From: Pseudomonadota bacterium
GTDB lineage: Bacteria; Pseudomonadota; Gammaproteobacteria; Burkholderiales; Burkholderiaceae_C
Reading direction: 5' to 3'
Assembly: GCA_022566735.1 (NCBI GenBank)
Contig: JADFIG010000009.1
Coordinates: 6,483-70,482, forward strand
DNA length: 64,000 nt
In this document: piece after piece, positions 11,856-21,965 of the stretch
Layout of the letters: each line of letters starts with the position of its first letter
Numbering within the stretch: position 1 is the stretch's first letter
Program-made: the position numbers and the translations under genes
Notes under the pieces: model-generated
Seen by the model: the letters and a program-made list of their open reading frames with translations, nothing else
Told to the model about the DNA's origin: nothing
Databases searched by the model: none

Positions 11856-12926
11856 ATGGGTCATGTGGGCCAACCGTACCGTGTGCTGATCGTCGATGAC
11901 GACCCCCGCAGTCGGCGGCTGGAACAGGAGATCCTGGACTCCCCGAACTACCTGGTGACGGAGGCCGGCTCCGGCATGGCCGCGCTCGACGCCCTGCGCG
12001 AGCACAGCTTCGACGTGGTGCTGCTCGACAAGCGCATGCCCGGCATGGACGGCGACGAGGTCTGCCGGCGTGTCCGCGGCGAACTCGGCTTGAGCATGCT
12101 GCCGATCCTGATGGTGACCGGCGATGGCGACATCGACAACCTGACCCGCAGCCTGGCCGCAGGCGCCACCGACTTCGTCCGCAAGCCCTACGACCCCACC
12201 GAGTTGCTGGCCCGGCTGGACTCGGCCGCGTCCCGCAAGCGCCTGACCGACCAGCTCGACAGCGCGGAGGCCATGTTGTTCGCCCTGGCGCGCATGGTCG
12301 AGGCCAAGGACGGCACCACCGGCGACCACTGCTCGCGCCTGTCGCACAACGGCGTGGTGCTGGGCAAGGCCCTGGGCCTGGGGGCCGACGAACTCATGGC
12401 CCTGCGCCGCGGCGGCATCCTGCACGACATCGGCAAGCTGGGCATCCCGGACAGCATCCTGCTCAAGCCCGGCAAGCTGACCGATGAGGAGTGGGTCGTC
12501 ATGCGCCAGCATGTGGACATCGGCGCGCGCATCGTGGGCGGCCTCAACAGCATGCGCATGACCGTGCCCATCGTCCGCCACCACCACGAAAGGTGGGATG
12601 GCAGCGGCTACCCGGACGGGCTGAGCGGCCAGGACATCCCGCTGCTGGCGCGGGTGTTCCAGGTGGTGGACATCTACGATGCCCTGACACATGCCCGGCC
12701 CTACAAGCAGGCCATGACGCGCGAACAGGTCATGGACATCCTGGCCGAGGAGGCGGCACGGGGCTGGCGCGATCCTGAGCTGACCGCCGTGTTCCTCGGC
12801 ATCGTCCGCGATCGCCCGGAAACGCTCGACGTGCCGCAGACCGCCCACGATGACCTGGGCCTGGGCCTCTTCGGCGAGATCCAGCGCACCGGCGCGCTGG
12901 ACTGGGACCTGCGGCCGGCCCCATGA
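11856..12926 (+). CDS. REC + HD-GYP c-di-GMP phosphodiesterase (RpfG-like)
   Basis: Receiver (VLIVDDD, LLDKRMPG, RKPY), LHDIGK, HHERWDGSGYPDG; GGGAG RBS. Confidence 0.93.
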   Translation: MGHVGQPYRVLIVDDDPRSRRLEQEILDSPNYLVTEAGSGMAALDALREHSFDVVLLDKRMPGMDGDEVCRRVRGELGLSMLPILMVTGDGDIDNLTRSLAAGATDFVRKPYDPTELLARLDSAASRKRLTDQLDSAEAMLFALARMVEAKDGTTGDHCSRLSHNGVVLGKALGLGADELMALRRGGILHDIGKLGIPDSILLKPGKLTDEEWVVMRQHVDIGARIVGGLNSMRMTVPIVRHHHERWDGSGYPDGLSGQDIPLLARVFQVVDIYDALTHARPYKQAMTREQVMDILAEEAARGWRDPELTAVFLGIVRDRPETLDVPQTAHDDLGLGLFGEIQRTGALDWDLRPAP

Positions 12927-15709
12927 ACCAGGGCACCGGCAGCGGCTTCCCGCGCGATCTGCTGCGCCAGCAGGTGGTGCTGGTCTGCACGTTCGCGATC
13001 CTGACGGCCGCCGCCATGCTGCTGCCGCTGCAGAACGTGCGCATCCCGCCACTGCACTACCTGCCGATCCACACCCTGCTGGAGTTCGTCTCGATCCTGG
13101 CGGCCTTCCTGGTGTTCTCCACGGTCTGGCACGCCCCGGCCAGGGAGGTCTCGGGCTCGCTGCTGCTGATCGCGATGGCCCTGCACGGCGCCGGGTGGCT
13201 GGACATGCTGCACGCCTTGTCGTTCAAGGGCATGCCGGACTTGCTCACGCCGGCCTCGGCGGAAAAGGCCATCGCCTTCTGGCTGGTGGCGAGGCTGATG
13301 GTGGCCGTCGCCCTGCTGACCGTGAGCTTCTACCCGCGCCTGCCGCCGCCCGGCGCCCGCAGCAAGTCCCTCATGCTGGCGGCCCTGCTGGCCATCAACC
13401 TGCTGGTGAGCTGGGCCGTGCTGACCCATGAGTCGGACCTGCCGGACACCTTTGTCGAAGGCGTCGGTCTGACGGGTTTCAAGATCGGTTTCGAATGGCT
13501 GATCACCGGCCTGCTGGGCTTCGCGGCCTGGCGCTATCACCGCCAGGCCCGCCGCTCCGACGACGCCTTCTACCCGCTGATCTTCGGTGCCGCGGGCGTG
13601 GCCGCACTGGGTGAGCTGTTCCTGACCCGCTACGAGGCGGTCAGCGACGCGATGAACCTGCTGGGCCACCTCTACAAGTTCGTGAGCTACAGCCTGATCT
13701 ACCGGGCCATGTTCGTCATCAGCGTGCGCAGACCTTACCTGAAGCTGGCCGAGCAGACGCGGCAACTGATCCAGGCCAACGACACCTTGCGAATCCAGGC
13801 GCTGGCGCTGGAGTCCACGGTCGCGCCCGTGGTGGTCTCCGACCTGAGCGGCAAGATCACCTGGCGCAACCGGGCCGCCAACGCCCTCACGCAGCAGCTG
13901 TTCCCGGAGTCGGCGGACACGCTCACGCTGTTCGGCCCGCCCCTGACGGCCAACCCGGCCCGGGCCAGGGACATCGAAGACACCGTGCGCGCAGGCGGCA
14001 TCTGGCGCGGGCTGGTCCCGATCCGCAACCCCCGGGGCCCGGACATGATCCTGAACCGCACCGTGACGCCCTTGCGCAATGGCGATGGCGTGGTCGAAGG
14101 CTACCTGGCGGTGTCCGAGAACGTGACCGAGCGCATCGCCGCGCAATCCCGCCACAAGCGCGTGCTGGACACCGCGCTGGACGGCTTCTGGATCGCGGAC
14201 GAGCAGGGGCAGCTGCTGGAGGTCAACGAGGCCTACGCCCGGATGTCGGGCCGCAGCGTCGCCGAGTTGCTGCGCATGCGGATCGACCAGCTGGAGGCGC
14301 ACGAGCAGCCTGCGGCGGTCCGAGCCCACCTGGAGCGCATCCAGCGCCAGGGGCACGACAAGTTCGAGACCCGCCACCGCCACAAGTCGGGGCACGCCTT
14401 CGCGGTGGAAGTCGCGGTGACCTACGACCCCGAGTCCAGGCACCTCTTCGCGTTCCTGCGGGATCTGTCGGAGCGGGAGCGGTCCGCGGCGGCCCAGCAC
14501 GACCTCGAACGGCAGTTGCAGCAATCGCAGAAGATCCAGGCCCTGGGGCAGCTGACCGGCGGCATCGCCCACGATTTCAACAACATCCTGGCGGCCATCC
14601 TGGGCTATTCGAACCTGGCCTTGACCCGGCTGGTGCCGGACAAGCAAAGCAAGCTGGCCAGCTACCTGCGCGAGGTCATCACGGCCAGCGAGCGGGCACG
14701 CGACCTGATCGCGAAGATGCTCACCTTCGCGCGCACCCAGCCCAGCGCCAGCGTGGGCGTGATCAGCCCGTCCGAGCTGGTGCGCGAGGTCGTGGCCATG
14801 ATGCGGCCGTCCATCCCTTCGAGCATCGACATCAGGAGCCGCATCGACGACGAGACCCCCATCCGCATGGACCCGGGCGAGCTCAACCAGGTGCTGGTGA
14901 ACCTGCTCATCAACGCGCGCGACGCGATCACCGGCCCGGGCCTGATCGACATCCACCTGCACCGCGTGGACGTCAGCGGGGAGATCTGCGCGGCCAGCCA
15001 GCAGCGCATCACCGGGCCCTGCCTCGCCCTGGACGTGTCCGACAGCGGCTGCGGCATCGCGCCCGAACACATGCCGAGGCTGTTCGACCCGTTCTTCACT
15101 ACCAAGGACGTGGGCAAAGGCACCGGGCTCGGGCTGTCGATGGTGCAGGGCATCCTGCGCCGCTCGGGCGGGCACGTGCTGGTGAGCTCCACGCCGGGCC
15201 AGGGCAGCCGCTTTCGCCTGCTCTTCCCACTGGCCAGCCAGCCCGACCTGCCAGCCGAAACCCCGGAAGACGACGAGGGTGCGCCCGCGGGTGCGGGGCA
15301 GCTCGTCTGGGTGCTCGACGACGAACCGGCCGTGGCCCACTACCTGGGCGAGTTGCTCGAAGACGCGGGCTACCGCGTGCGCGTCTTCCAGGACCCCGGA
15401 TCGGCCCTGGCCGCCTTCCAGGCCGCACCGGACAGCCCCGAGTTGCTGCTCACCGACCAGACCATGCCCGGCATGAGCGGCATGGCCCTGGCCGAGGCCG
15501 TGCACGGGCAGCGCCCGGACCTGCCCATCCTGCTGTGCACCGGCCACAGCGAGGCCATCGACGTCGCCGCGCTTGCGCCATTGGGCATCAGGCAGCTGTT
15601 TGGCAAGCCTGTGCAGGCCAAAGTCCTGCTGAGGGCGGTGGCGCACACCCTGCGCAGCCCGGAGACGGGGGCCGGAGTGCGCACTAATGCCTCAAGTCAA
15701 ACGGATTGA
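12923..15709 (+). CDS. Hybrid sensor histidine kinase (MASE3-like membrane sensor, 2 PAS, HisKA, HATPase, REC)
   Basis: Multi-TM N-terminus (HTLLEFVSILAAFLVF), GGIAHDFNNIL H-box, FDPFFTTKDVGKGTGLGL, C-terminal receiver; ATGA overlap with upstream gene. Confidence 0.93.
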   Translation: MNQGTGSGFPRDLLRQQVVLVCTFAILTAAAMLLPLQNVRIPPLHYLPIHTLLEFVSILAAFLVFSTVWHAPAREVSGSLLLIAMALHGAGWLDMLHALSFKGMPDLLTPASAEKAIAFWLVARLMVAVALLTVSFYPRLPPPGARSKSLMLAALLAINLLVSWAVLTHESDLPDTFVEGVGLTGFKIGFEWLITGLLGFAAWRYHRQARRSDDAFYPLIFGAAGVAALGELFLTRYEAVSDAMNLLGHLYKFVSYSLIYRAMFVISVRRPYLKLAEQTRQLIQANDTLRIQALALESTVAPVVVSDLSGKITWRNRAANALTQQLFPESADTLTLFGPPLTANPARARDIEDTVRAGGIWRGLVPIRNPRGPDMILNRTVTPLRNGDGVVEGYLAVSENVTERIAAQSRHKRVLDTALDGFWIADEQGQLLEVNEAYARMSGRSVAELLRMRIDQLEAHEQPAAVRAHLERIQRQGHDKFETRHRHKSGHAFAVEVAVTYDPESRHLFAFLRDLSERERSAAAQHDLERQLQQSQKIQALGQLTGGIAHDFNNILAAILGYSNLALTRLVPDKQSKLASYLREVITASERARDLIAKMLTFARTQPSASVGVISPSELVREVVAMMRPSIPSSIDIRSRIDDETPIRMDPGELNQVLVNLLINARDAITGPGLIDIHLHRVDVSGEICAASQQRITGPCLALDVSDSGCGIAPEHMPRLFDPFFTTKDVGKGTGLGLSMVQGILRRSGGHVLVSSTPGQGSRFRLLFPLASQPDLPAETPEDDEGAPAGAGQLVWVLDDEPAVAHYLGELLEDAGYRVRVFQDPGSALAAFQAAPDSPELLLTDQTMPGMSGMALAEAVHGQRPDLPILLCTGHSEAIDVAALAPLGIRQLFGKPVQAKVLLRAVAHTLRSPETGAGVRTNASSQTD

Positions 15710-15761
15710 ATCAGGTCAAACGATCAAACCGATTGACCCGATGTTTCCGACTGGATATGCT
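15697..15761 (+). promoter_or_regulatory. Six 9-bp-period direct repeats (array B) overlapping a sigma70 promoter TTGACC-N17-TATGCT
   Basis: TCAAACGGA TTGAATCAG GTCAAACGA TCAAACCGA TTGACCCGA TGTTTCCGA (15697-15750); -35 at 15733-15738, -10 at 15756-15761. Confidence 0.72.
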
Positions 15762-15844
15762 CGTCTCCGAGCCGTGATGACGCTGCGCGTTCGCCCTCGG
15801 GGCAGGCCGGCGCGTCCATCCACCAGATCCACCAGGAAAGAAAC

Positions 15845-17398
15845 ATGCTTCTGTCCAAGCTGCCCGTCGGCGCCCGTCTGGGCCTGGGCTTCTTGCTGCT
15901 CATCGCCGCAGGTCTGTGCGTCGCCATCTTCGGGCGCTACCGGCTCGTCAGTGTCAATGACCAGGTGGCGACCTTGGTCGAACAGCACATGGTGCGGGTC
16001 GAGGAGCTCTACGAGGTCAAGGAGAACCTCAACCTCGTCGCCCGGGCGGTTCGCAACATCGCCCTGATGGACGACAAGGTCGCCATGCAGGCCGAGCAAG
16101 AGCGCATCAAGAAGGCCCGTGCCCGCAACAGCGAGCTGATGAAATCCCTCGACGGCTCCTTGAAGGGCGATCAAGAGCGGGCGCTGCTGGCCCAGATCCA
16201 GCGCCTGCGCGGCACCTACGGCGACACCATCGACCAATCGATCGCGTTGGGCATGAACGGCCAGGCGGCCGAAGCCCGCGAGGTGCTGATCAAGGAAAAC
16301 CGCCCCGTGCAGTCCCGCTACTTCGAGGTGCTGGAGGCCTTGATCGACCTGCAGAAGAAAGCCATGAACGACACCGCCCAGGAAGTGCGCGACAGCAGCG
16401 CCTCGGCCAGCGTGCTGATGCTGGGCATCGCCGGCGTGGCCGCCGTGGTGGGTGGCTTGATGGCCTGGTCGCTGACCCACTCGATCACCCACCAGCTGGG
16501 CGGCGAGCCGGACTACGCATCGAACGTGGCGCGCGAGATCGCCGCCGGCAACCTGGCCGTCGAGGTCAAGGTGGCGCCGGGGGACAAGGACAGCCTGCTG
16601 GCCGCCATGCGCGTGATGCGGGACAGCCTGGCCGATGTGGTCACCCGCGTCCGCCAGGGCTCGGAGTCGGTGGCCACGGCCAGCGCCCAGATCGCCACGG
16701 GCAACCACGACCTGTCGGGCCGTACCGAGGAGCAGGCCAGCGCCCTGGAAGAAACCGCGGCGTCCATGGAGCAGCTGGGCTCCACCGTGGCCCACAACGC
16801 GGACAACGCCCGCCAGGCCAACCAGCTGGCCCAGTCGGCCTCCAGCGTGGCGGAGCAAGGGGGCGACGTGGTCGCGCAGGTGGTCAGCACCATGCGCGAC
16901 ATCAACACCTCCAGCCAGAAGATCGCCGACATCATCGGCGTGATCGATGGCATCGCCTTCCAGACCAACATCCTGGCGCTGAACGCCGCCGTGGAAGCGG
17001 CCCGTGCCGGCGAACAGGGCCGTGGCTTTGCCGTGGTGGCCTCCGAGGTGCGCAGCCTCGCCGGCCGCAGCGCCGAGGCGGCCAAGGAGATCAAGACCCT
17101 GATCACCGACAGCGTCGAGCGGGTGGAGCAAGGCAGCATGCTGGTGGACAAGGCCGGCAGCACCATGCACGAGGTGGTGACCTCGATCCGCCGGGTGACC
17201 GACATCATGAGCGAGATCACCGCCGCCAGCATCGAGCAGAGCACGGGTGTGAGCCAGGTCGGCGAGGCGGTCACGCAGATGGATCAGACGACGCAGCAGA
17301 ACGCGGCCCTGGTCGAGGAAATGGCCGCCGCCGCGTCCAGCCTGCAGCATCAGGCCCAGGACCTGGTGCAGTCGGTCAATGTGTTCAAGCTGAGCTGA
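15845..17398 (+). CDS. Methyl-accepting chemotaxis protein (periplasmic four-helix-bundle sensor)
   Basis: Two TM segments, [30 protein letters not shown] hairpin. Confidence 0.96.
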   Translation: MLLSKLPVGARLGLGFLLLIAAGLCVAIFGRYRLVSVNDQVATLVEQHMVRVEELYEVKENLNLVARAVRNIALMDDKVAMQAEQERIKKARARNSELMKSLDGSLKGDQERALLAQIQRLRGTYGDTIDQSIALGMNGQAAEAREVLIKENRPVQSRYFEVLEALIDLQKKAMNDTAQEVRDSSASASVLMLGIAGVAAVVGGLMAWSLTHSITHQLGGEPDYASNVAREIAAGNLAVEVKVAPGDKDSLLAAMRVMRDSLADVVTRVRQGSESVATASAQIATGNHDLSGRTEEQASALEETAASMEQLGSTVAHNADNARQANQLAQSASSVAEQGGDVVAQVVSTMRDINTSSQKIADIIGVIDGIAFQTNILALNAAVEAARAGEQGRGFAVVASEVRSLAGRSAEAAKEIKTLITDSVERVEQGSMLVDKAGSTMHEVVTSIRRVTDIMSEITAASIEQSTGVSQVGEAVTQMDQTTQQNAALVEEMAAAASSLQHQAQDLVQSVNVFKLS

Positions 17399-17417
17399 GA
17401 CGCCAGACGCACAAGGC

Positions 17418-17442
17418 AAAGCCCTCCAAGGAGGGCATTTTT
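17418..17442. terminator. Probable bidirectional terminator
   Basis: AAA-GCCCTCC-AA-GGAGGGC-ATTTTT between convergent genes. Confidence 0.75.
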
Positions 17443-17463
17443 CATGGCCTCAGCCGCCGGGAC

Positions 17464-17817
17464 TCAGCCCTTGCCCGTGCCCGGCACCTCGGGCAGCAAG
17501 CAGGCATCCACCACCTGCAGGTCGTTGTCGCGGGCGAAATTCATGACGAAGTCCCAGGCCATCGGCTCGATGTCGCGCAGGGCCTCGTTGACCACCACGC
17601 ACTTGACGTTGTCGATGCTGGTGGGCACGCAGTAGGGGGAGTAGCCGATGTGGGCCATGGGCCCGGACGCCACGCCGCCAGGGCGAAAGCAGGACATGGC
17701 GCCGGCCAGGCGCTCGGCCCAGTCGCTGGGGCGGAAGGTGCGACCCGAGGAGGTCAGGCCCTGGATGAAAACTTCGCGGGGGGGTTTGGCTTTGTCTGTG
17801 GGAGAGGACGTCGACAC
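17464..17817 (-). CDS. DUF3579 family protein
   Basis: FIQGLTSSGRTFRPSDWAERL...YSPY...FVMNFARDNDL; GTG start inferred. Confidence 0.88.
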   Translation of the reverse strand: MSTSSPTDKAKPPREVFIQGLTSSGRTFRPSDWAERLAGAMSCFRPGGVASGPMAHIGYSPYCVPTSIDNVKCVVVNEALRDIEPMAWDFVMNFARDNDLQVVDACLLPEVPGTGKG

Positions 17818-18205
17818 GGTGGCGCTTCCGACGGGCTGTGCAATGGGTAAATCGACAGGCGCAACGCCAGATTGTGTCTGGCAGCTGCGAAAACAAGGAA
17901 GGCTCCCGGCGGGTGGCCAGGCGGTCGGTCCTTGGGAGACAGACCGCCATTGTCGCGGACAGACGCCCCGACTGCAACGTGAGCGCCCACTTGACCCGTC
18001 AATTTGCTGCGCCAAGCCCCCGCGCTTGACAAGCCCGCGGGCCTGGGGGCGGCGCCCCACCCGAGGGTTGCCACCAGGGCCGGGGTCGGGCGAGGCCGCT
18101 GCGTGCCGGCCCCGGCGGGGGTTTTGCATAGAATGGGTGCTCAGGCGCAGTGAGGGCTGCGCCGTTTTCATTTCTCAACCGCCAGACCGTCAGCGAGATC
18201 TGCCC

Positions 18206-19417
18206 ATGAACGCCCCCGCCGCCCCCACCGACGTCATGCCCCACGTCATGCCCACCTATGGCCGCCTGCCCATCGCCTTGTCGCATGGCCAGGGCGCCGA
18301 AGTCTGGGACACGGCCGGCCGACGTTACCTGGACGGCCTCTCGGGCATCGCGGTCAACACCCTGGGGCACAACCACGCCCGCCTGGTGCCCGCCCTGCAG
18401 GACCAGGTCAGCAAGCTCATCCACAGCTGCAACTACTACCAGGTGCCGCTGCAGGAAGAGCTCGCGAAGATGCTGGTCGAGCGCTCCGGCCTGACCAACG
18501 TCTTCTTCTGCAACTCAGGGCTTGAGGCCAACGAGGCGGCGCTGAAGATCGCGCGCAAGTACGGCCACGACAAGGGCATCGACCGCGCCGAGGTGGTGGT
18601 CTACGAGAAGGCTTTCCACGGCCGCTCGATCGCCACGCTGTCGGCCACCGGCAACCCCAAGGTGCATGCCGGTTTCGAGCCGCTGGTCGAAGGCTTCGTG
18701 CGCGTGCCGCTCAACGACATCGCTGCGCTGGAAGAAGTCGCCCGCACCCGCCCCAACGTCACGGCCGTGTTCCTGGAAGTCATCCAGGGCGAAGGCGGCA
18801 TCAACCCCGCCCGCAGCGAGTACCTGCAGGCCGTGCGCGCGCTGTGCGACAAGCAAGGCTGGCTGCTGATGCTCGACGAGGTGCAATGCGGCATCGGCCG
18901 CACCGGCAAGTGGTTCGCCCACCAGTGGGCCGGCATCCAGCCCGACGTCATGCCCCTGGCCAAGGGCCTGGGCTCGGGCGTGCCCATCGGCGCGGTGGTC
19001 TGCGGCCCCAAGGCCGCCCACGTGCTGAAAGCCGGCAACCACGGCACCACCTTTGGCGGCAACCCGCTGGCCATGCGCGCCGGCGTGGAAACGCTCAAGA
19101 TCATGGAGGCCGACCAGCTGATGGCCAATGCCGCCCACGTGGGCGAGCACCTGATGGCCGCGCTGCACCGCGAGTTCGACAAGCTGCCCGGCGTGGTCGA
19201 GATCCGTGGCCAGGGCCTGATGATCGGCGTCGAGCTCGACCGGCCCTGCGGCGTCATCCTCAACCGCGCCCTCGACGCCGGCCTGCTGCTGAGCGTGACG
19301 GCCGACAAGGTCATCCGCCTGCTGCCGCCGCTGATCTTCACCACGGCACAGGCCGACGAGCTGGTGGGCATCCTCGCCCCCCTCGTGCGCCAGTTCCTGT
19401 CCGAACCCCAGGCCTGA
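18206..19417 (+). CDS. argD: Acetylornithine aminotransferase
   Basis: FFCNSGLEANEAA, DEVQCGIGRTG, LAKGLG, HGTTFGGNP; upstream of argF. Confidence 0.95.
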   Translation: MNAPAAPTDVMPHVMPTYGRLPIALSHGQGAEVWDTAGRRYLDGLSGIAVNTLGHNHARLVPALQDQVSKLIHSCNYYQVPLQEELAKMLVERSGLTNVFFCNSGLEANEAALKIARKYGHDKGIDRAEVVVYEKAFHGRSIATLSATGNPKVHAGFEPLVEGFVRVPLNDIAALEEVARTRPNVTAVFLEVIQGEGGINPARSEYLQAVRALCDKQGWLLMLDEVQCGIGRTGKWFAHQWAGIQPDVMPLAKGLGSGVPIGAVVCGPKAAHVLKAGNHGTTFGGNPLAMRAGVETLKIMEADQLMANAAHVGEHLMAALHREFDKLPGVVEIRGQGLMIGVELDRPCGVILNRALDAGLLLSVTADKVIRLLPPLIFTTAQADELVGILAPLVRQFLSEPQA

Positions 19418-19465
19418 GGCGGCGACCCCACCGTCGCGCCCTGCCCCCTTCGCGAAGCCCACGCC

Positions 19466-20398
19466 ATGAAGCCCGGAAACAGCCTGATCAAGCACTACCT
19501 GCAGTTCAAGGACCTGCGCGCGACGGAGTACGACTACCTCTTCCAGCGCGCGGCCCTCATCAAGCAGCGCTTCAAGAACTACGAGAAGTACACGCCGCTG
19601 ACCGACCGCACCCTGGCCATGATCTTCGAGAAGGCCTCCACGCGGACCCGCGTGAGCTTCGAAGCCGGCATGTACCAGATGGGCGGCTCGGTGGTGCACC
19701 TGACCACGGGCGACAGCCAGCTGGGCCGCAGCGAGCCCGTGGAAGACAGCGCCCGCGTGATCTCGCGCATGGTCGACATCGTGATGATCCGCACCTACGA
19801 GCAATCCAAGCTCGTGAAGTTCGCGGCCAACTCGCGCGTGCCGGTCATCAACGGCCTGACCAACGAGTACCACCCCTGCCAGATCCTGGCCGACATCTTC
19901 ACCTACATCGAGCACCGCGGCTCGATCCAGGGCAAGGTCGTGGCCTGGGTGGGCGATGGCAACAACATGGCCAACACCTGGCTGCAGGCCGCGGAAATCC
20001 TGGGCTTCACGGTGCATGTGAGCACGCCCAGCGGCTACGAGATCGACCCGGCCGTGGCCGGCATCGCCAGCACCGACTGCTACAAGGTCTTCAAGGACCC
20101 GATGGACGCCTGCCGCGGCGCCGACCTGGTCACCACCGACGTGTGGACCTCGATGGGCTACGAAGCCGAGAACGAGGCCCGCAAGCAAGCCTTCGCCGAC
20201 TGGTGCGTGGACCGCGACATGATGGCCGTGGCCAAGCCCGACGCCCTGTTCATGCACTGCCTGCCCGCACACCGCGGCGAGGAGGTCGAGGCCGACGTGA
20301 TCGACGGCCCGCAATCCGTCGTCTGGGACGAGGCTGAAAACAGGCTGCACGTGCAGAAGGTGCTCATGGAGTACCTGCTGCTCGGCCGGATCGGCTGA
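19466..20398 (+). CDS. argF: Ornithine carbamoyltransferase
   Basis: FEKASTRTRVSFE, HPCQILAD, FMHCLPAHRGEEV. Confidence 0.97.
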   Translation: MKPGNSLIKHYLQFKDLRATEYDYLFQRAALIKQRFKNYEKYTPLTDRTLAMIFEKASTRTRVSFEAGMYQMGGSVVHLTTGDSQLGRSEPVEDSARVISRMVDIVMIRTYEQSKLVKFAANSRVPVINGLTNEYHPCQILADIFTYIEHRGSIQGKVVAWVGDGNNMANTWLQAAEILGFTVHVSTPSGYEIDPAVAGIASTDCYKVFKDPMDACRGADLVTTDVWTSMGYEAENEARKQAFADWCVDRDMMAVAKPDALFMHCLPAHRGEEVEADVIDGPQSVVWDEAENRLHVQKVLMEYLLLGRIG

Positions 20399-20403
20399 CC
20401 CGA

Positions 20404-21840
20404 TCAGGCGCGGCCGAAGCGCCCCTGCTGGCGGAACAGGTCCATGGCCCGCGCCAGGCGGTCGGCCTGCAGGCGCAGGCTGTCGGCGGCGGCAGCGGTT
20501 TCTTCCACCAGGGCGGCGTTCTGCTGCGTGGCCTGGTCGAGCAGGCCGATGGTGGTGTTGATCTGGCCGATGCCCGAGTTCTGCTCGGAGCTGGACGTGG
20601 TGATCTGGCCGACCAGCTCGGTCACGCGGCGCACCTGCGCCACAACCTGCCCGATGGTCTCGCCCGTGCTGCCCACCAGGGAGCTGCCGGACTCGACCTG
20701 TTCGACGCTGCTGGTGATGAGCTGCTTGATCTCCTTGGCCGCCTCGGCGCTGCGCTGCGCCAGGCTGCGCACCTCTGACGCCACCACCGCGAAGCCGCGG
20801 CCCTGCTCCCCCGCACGGGCGGCTTCCACGGCGGCGTTCAGCGCCAGGATGTTGGTCTGGAAGGCGATGCCGTCGATCACGCCGATGATGTCGGTGATCT
20901 TGCGGCTGGACTGCTGGATGTCCGACATGGTGGCCACCACGCGGCTGACCGCCTCACCGCCCTCCTCGGCCACGCCCGAAGCCTGACCGGCCAGGGCATT
21001 GGCCTGGTGGGCGTGCTCGGTGCTGGTGCGGATGGTCGCGGCGATTTCGTCGACCGAGGCGGCGGTCTGCTGGATGCTGGAGGCAGCCTGCTCGGTGCGG
21101 GCGCTCAGGGCCTGGTTGCCCGTGGCGATGTCGCTGGACGCGGTGCGGATGGCCTCGGTGGCCTGGCGCACCTGCTCGATGGTGCCGGCGATGTGGGCCA
21201 GGGCCTCGCGCAGCTTGCGGCTGGCGCGGTCACTGGAGCGGGCGGGCGGCAGGTTCAGGTCCACCACGCCGTCGTCGGAAACCAGGTGCTCGGCGATCTC
21301 CACGATCTCTTCGGCGGCGCGGAACTCGGCGCTGGCACGGGCCGCCAGGAACAGCAGCACGCCGCTTTCGGCGACCACGAACAAGGCATGCTCGACCACG
21401 CGCATGAAGCTGGGCTCGCCAAAGCACATCGGGCCCCAGCCCCAGGCCTGGAACTGGTTGAAGCTGAGGTGGTGCACGGCGATGGTGGCCGCACCCAAGA
21501 GGATGGGCAAGGCGCGGCGGTAGACCACCAGGCAGGCCAGGAAGGCGAAGACGGCAAAGTGGGCTTCGTTGTGGCCACGGGCGACGTGGATCATCAAGGC
21601 CACCATGGCCATGCCCAGGAAGGGCAGTGCCACGCGGCTGAGGGTGCGCGCCTCGCGCCCCAGGAAGGCGACCAGCAGGCTGGCCCCCAGCAGGGGCACG
21701 CCCACGCCGAAGGCAATCGCCAGGTTCTGGTAGACGCCCCCGTAGGCCAGGGTGCCGAAGAAGGTGGCCAGGATGCCCGCCAGCACCACCAGGTCGTTGT
21801 GATGCAAGGCGGACTTGGCGGTGTCGGGCGAGGCGTTCAT
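20404..21840 (-). CDS. Methyl-accepting chemotaxis protein with multi-TM, His-containing membrane sensor
   Basis: About 5-6 hydrophobic segments followed by a canonical MCP signalling hairpin. Confidence 0.93.
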   Translation of the reverse strand: MNASPDTAKSALHHNDLVVLAGILATFFGTLAYGGVYQNLAIAFGVGVPLLGASLLVAFLGREARTLSRVALPFLGMAMVALMIHVARGHNEAHFAVFAFLACLVVYRRALPILLGAATIAVHHLSFNQFQAWGWGPMCFGEPSFMRVVEHALFVVAESGVLLFLAARASAEFRAAEEIVEIAEHLVSDDGVVDLNLPPARSSDRASRKLREALAHIAGTIEQVRQATEAIRTASSDIATGNQALSARTEQAASSIQQTAASVDEIAATIRTSTEHAHQANALAGQASGVAEEGGEAVSRVVATMSDIQQSSRKITDIIGVIDGIAFQTNILALNAAVEAARAGEQGRGFAVVASEVRSLAQRSAEAAKEIKQLITSSVEQVESGSSLVGSTGETIGQVVAQVRRVTELVGQITTSSSEQNSGIGQINTTIGLLDQATQQNAALVEETAAAADSLRLQADRLARAMDLFRQQGRFGRA

Positions 21841-21889
21841 GAGGGGCTTCCACAGCGGTGCGCACCTCGACGCGGGTGCGTGTTAACCC

Positions 21890-21916
21890 CTATCGGCCAT
21901 TCGGACATCGTCCTTA
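21890..21916 (-). promoter_or_regulatory. Sigma28 (FliA) promoter of the MCP at 20404-21840
   Basis: Minus strand reads TAAG-N15-GCCGATAG vs consensus TAAA-N15-GCCGATAA. Confidence 0.85.
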
Positions 21917-21965
21917 AGGCCGATGCCCAAGCCCCAACGCAATCCTTTGCAGATGCGTGAATTTG

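Noticed and set aside
15690-15755. Sigma28 promoter for the island MCP (TCAAG...CCGAT)
   Set aside because: No TAAA/TCAAG to GCCGATAA pair at the correct spacing; a sigma70 promoter and 9-bp repeats explain the region better.
17818-18205. Riboswitch or ncRNA in the long DUF3579-argD intergenic region
   Set aside because: Only generic GC-rich hairpins; no family motif that I can recognise.
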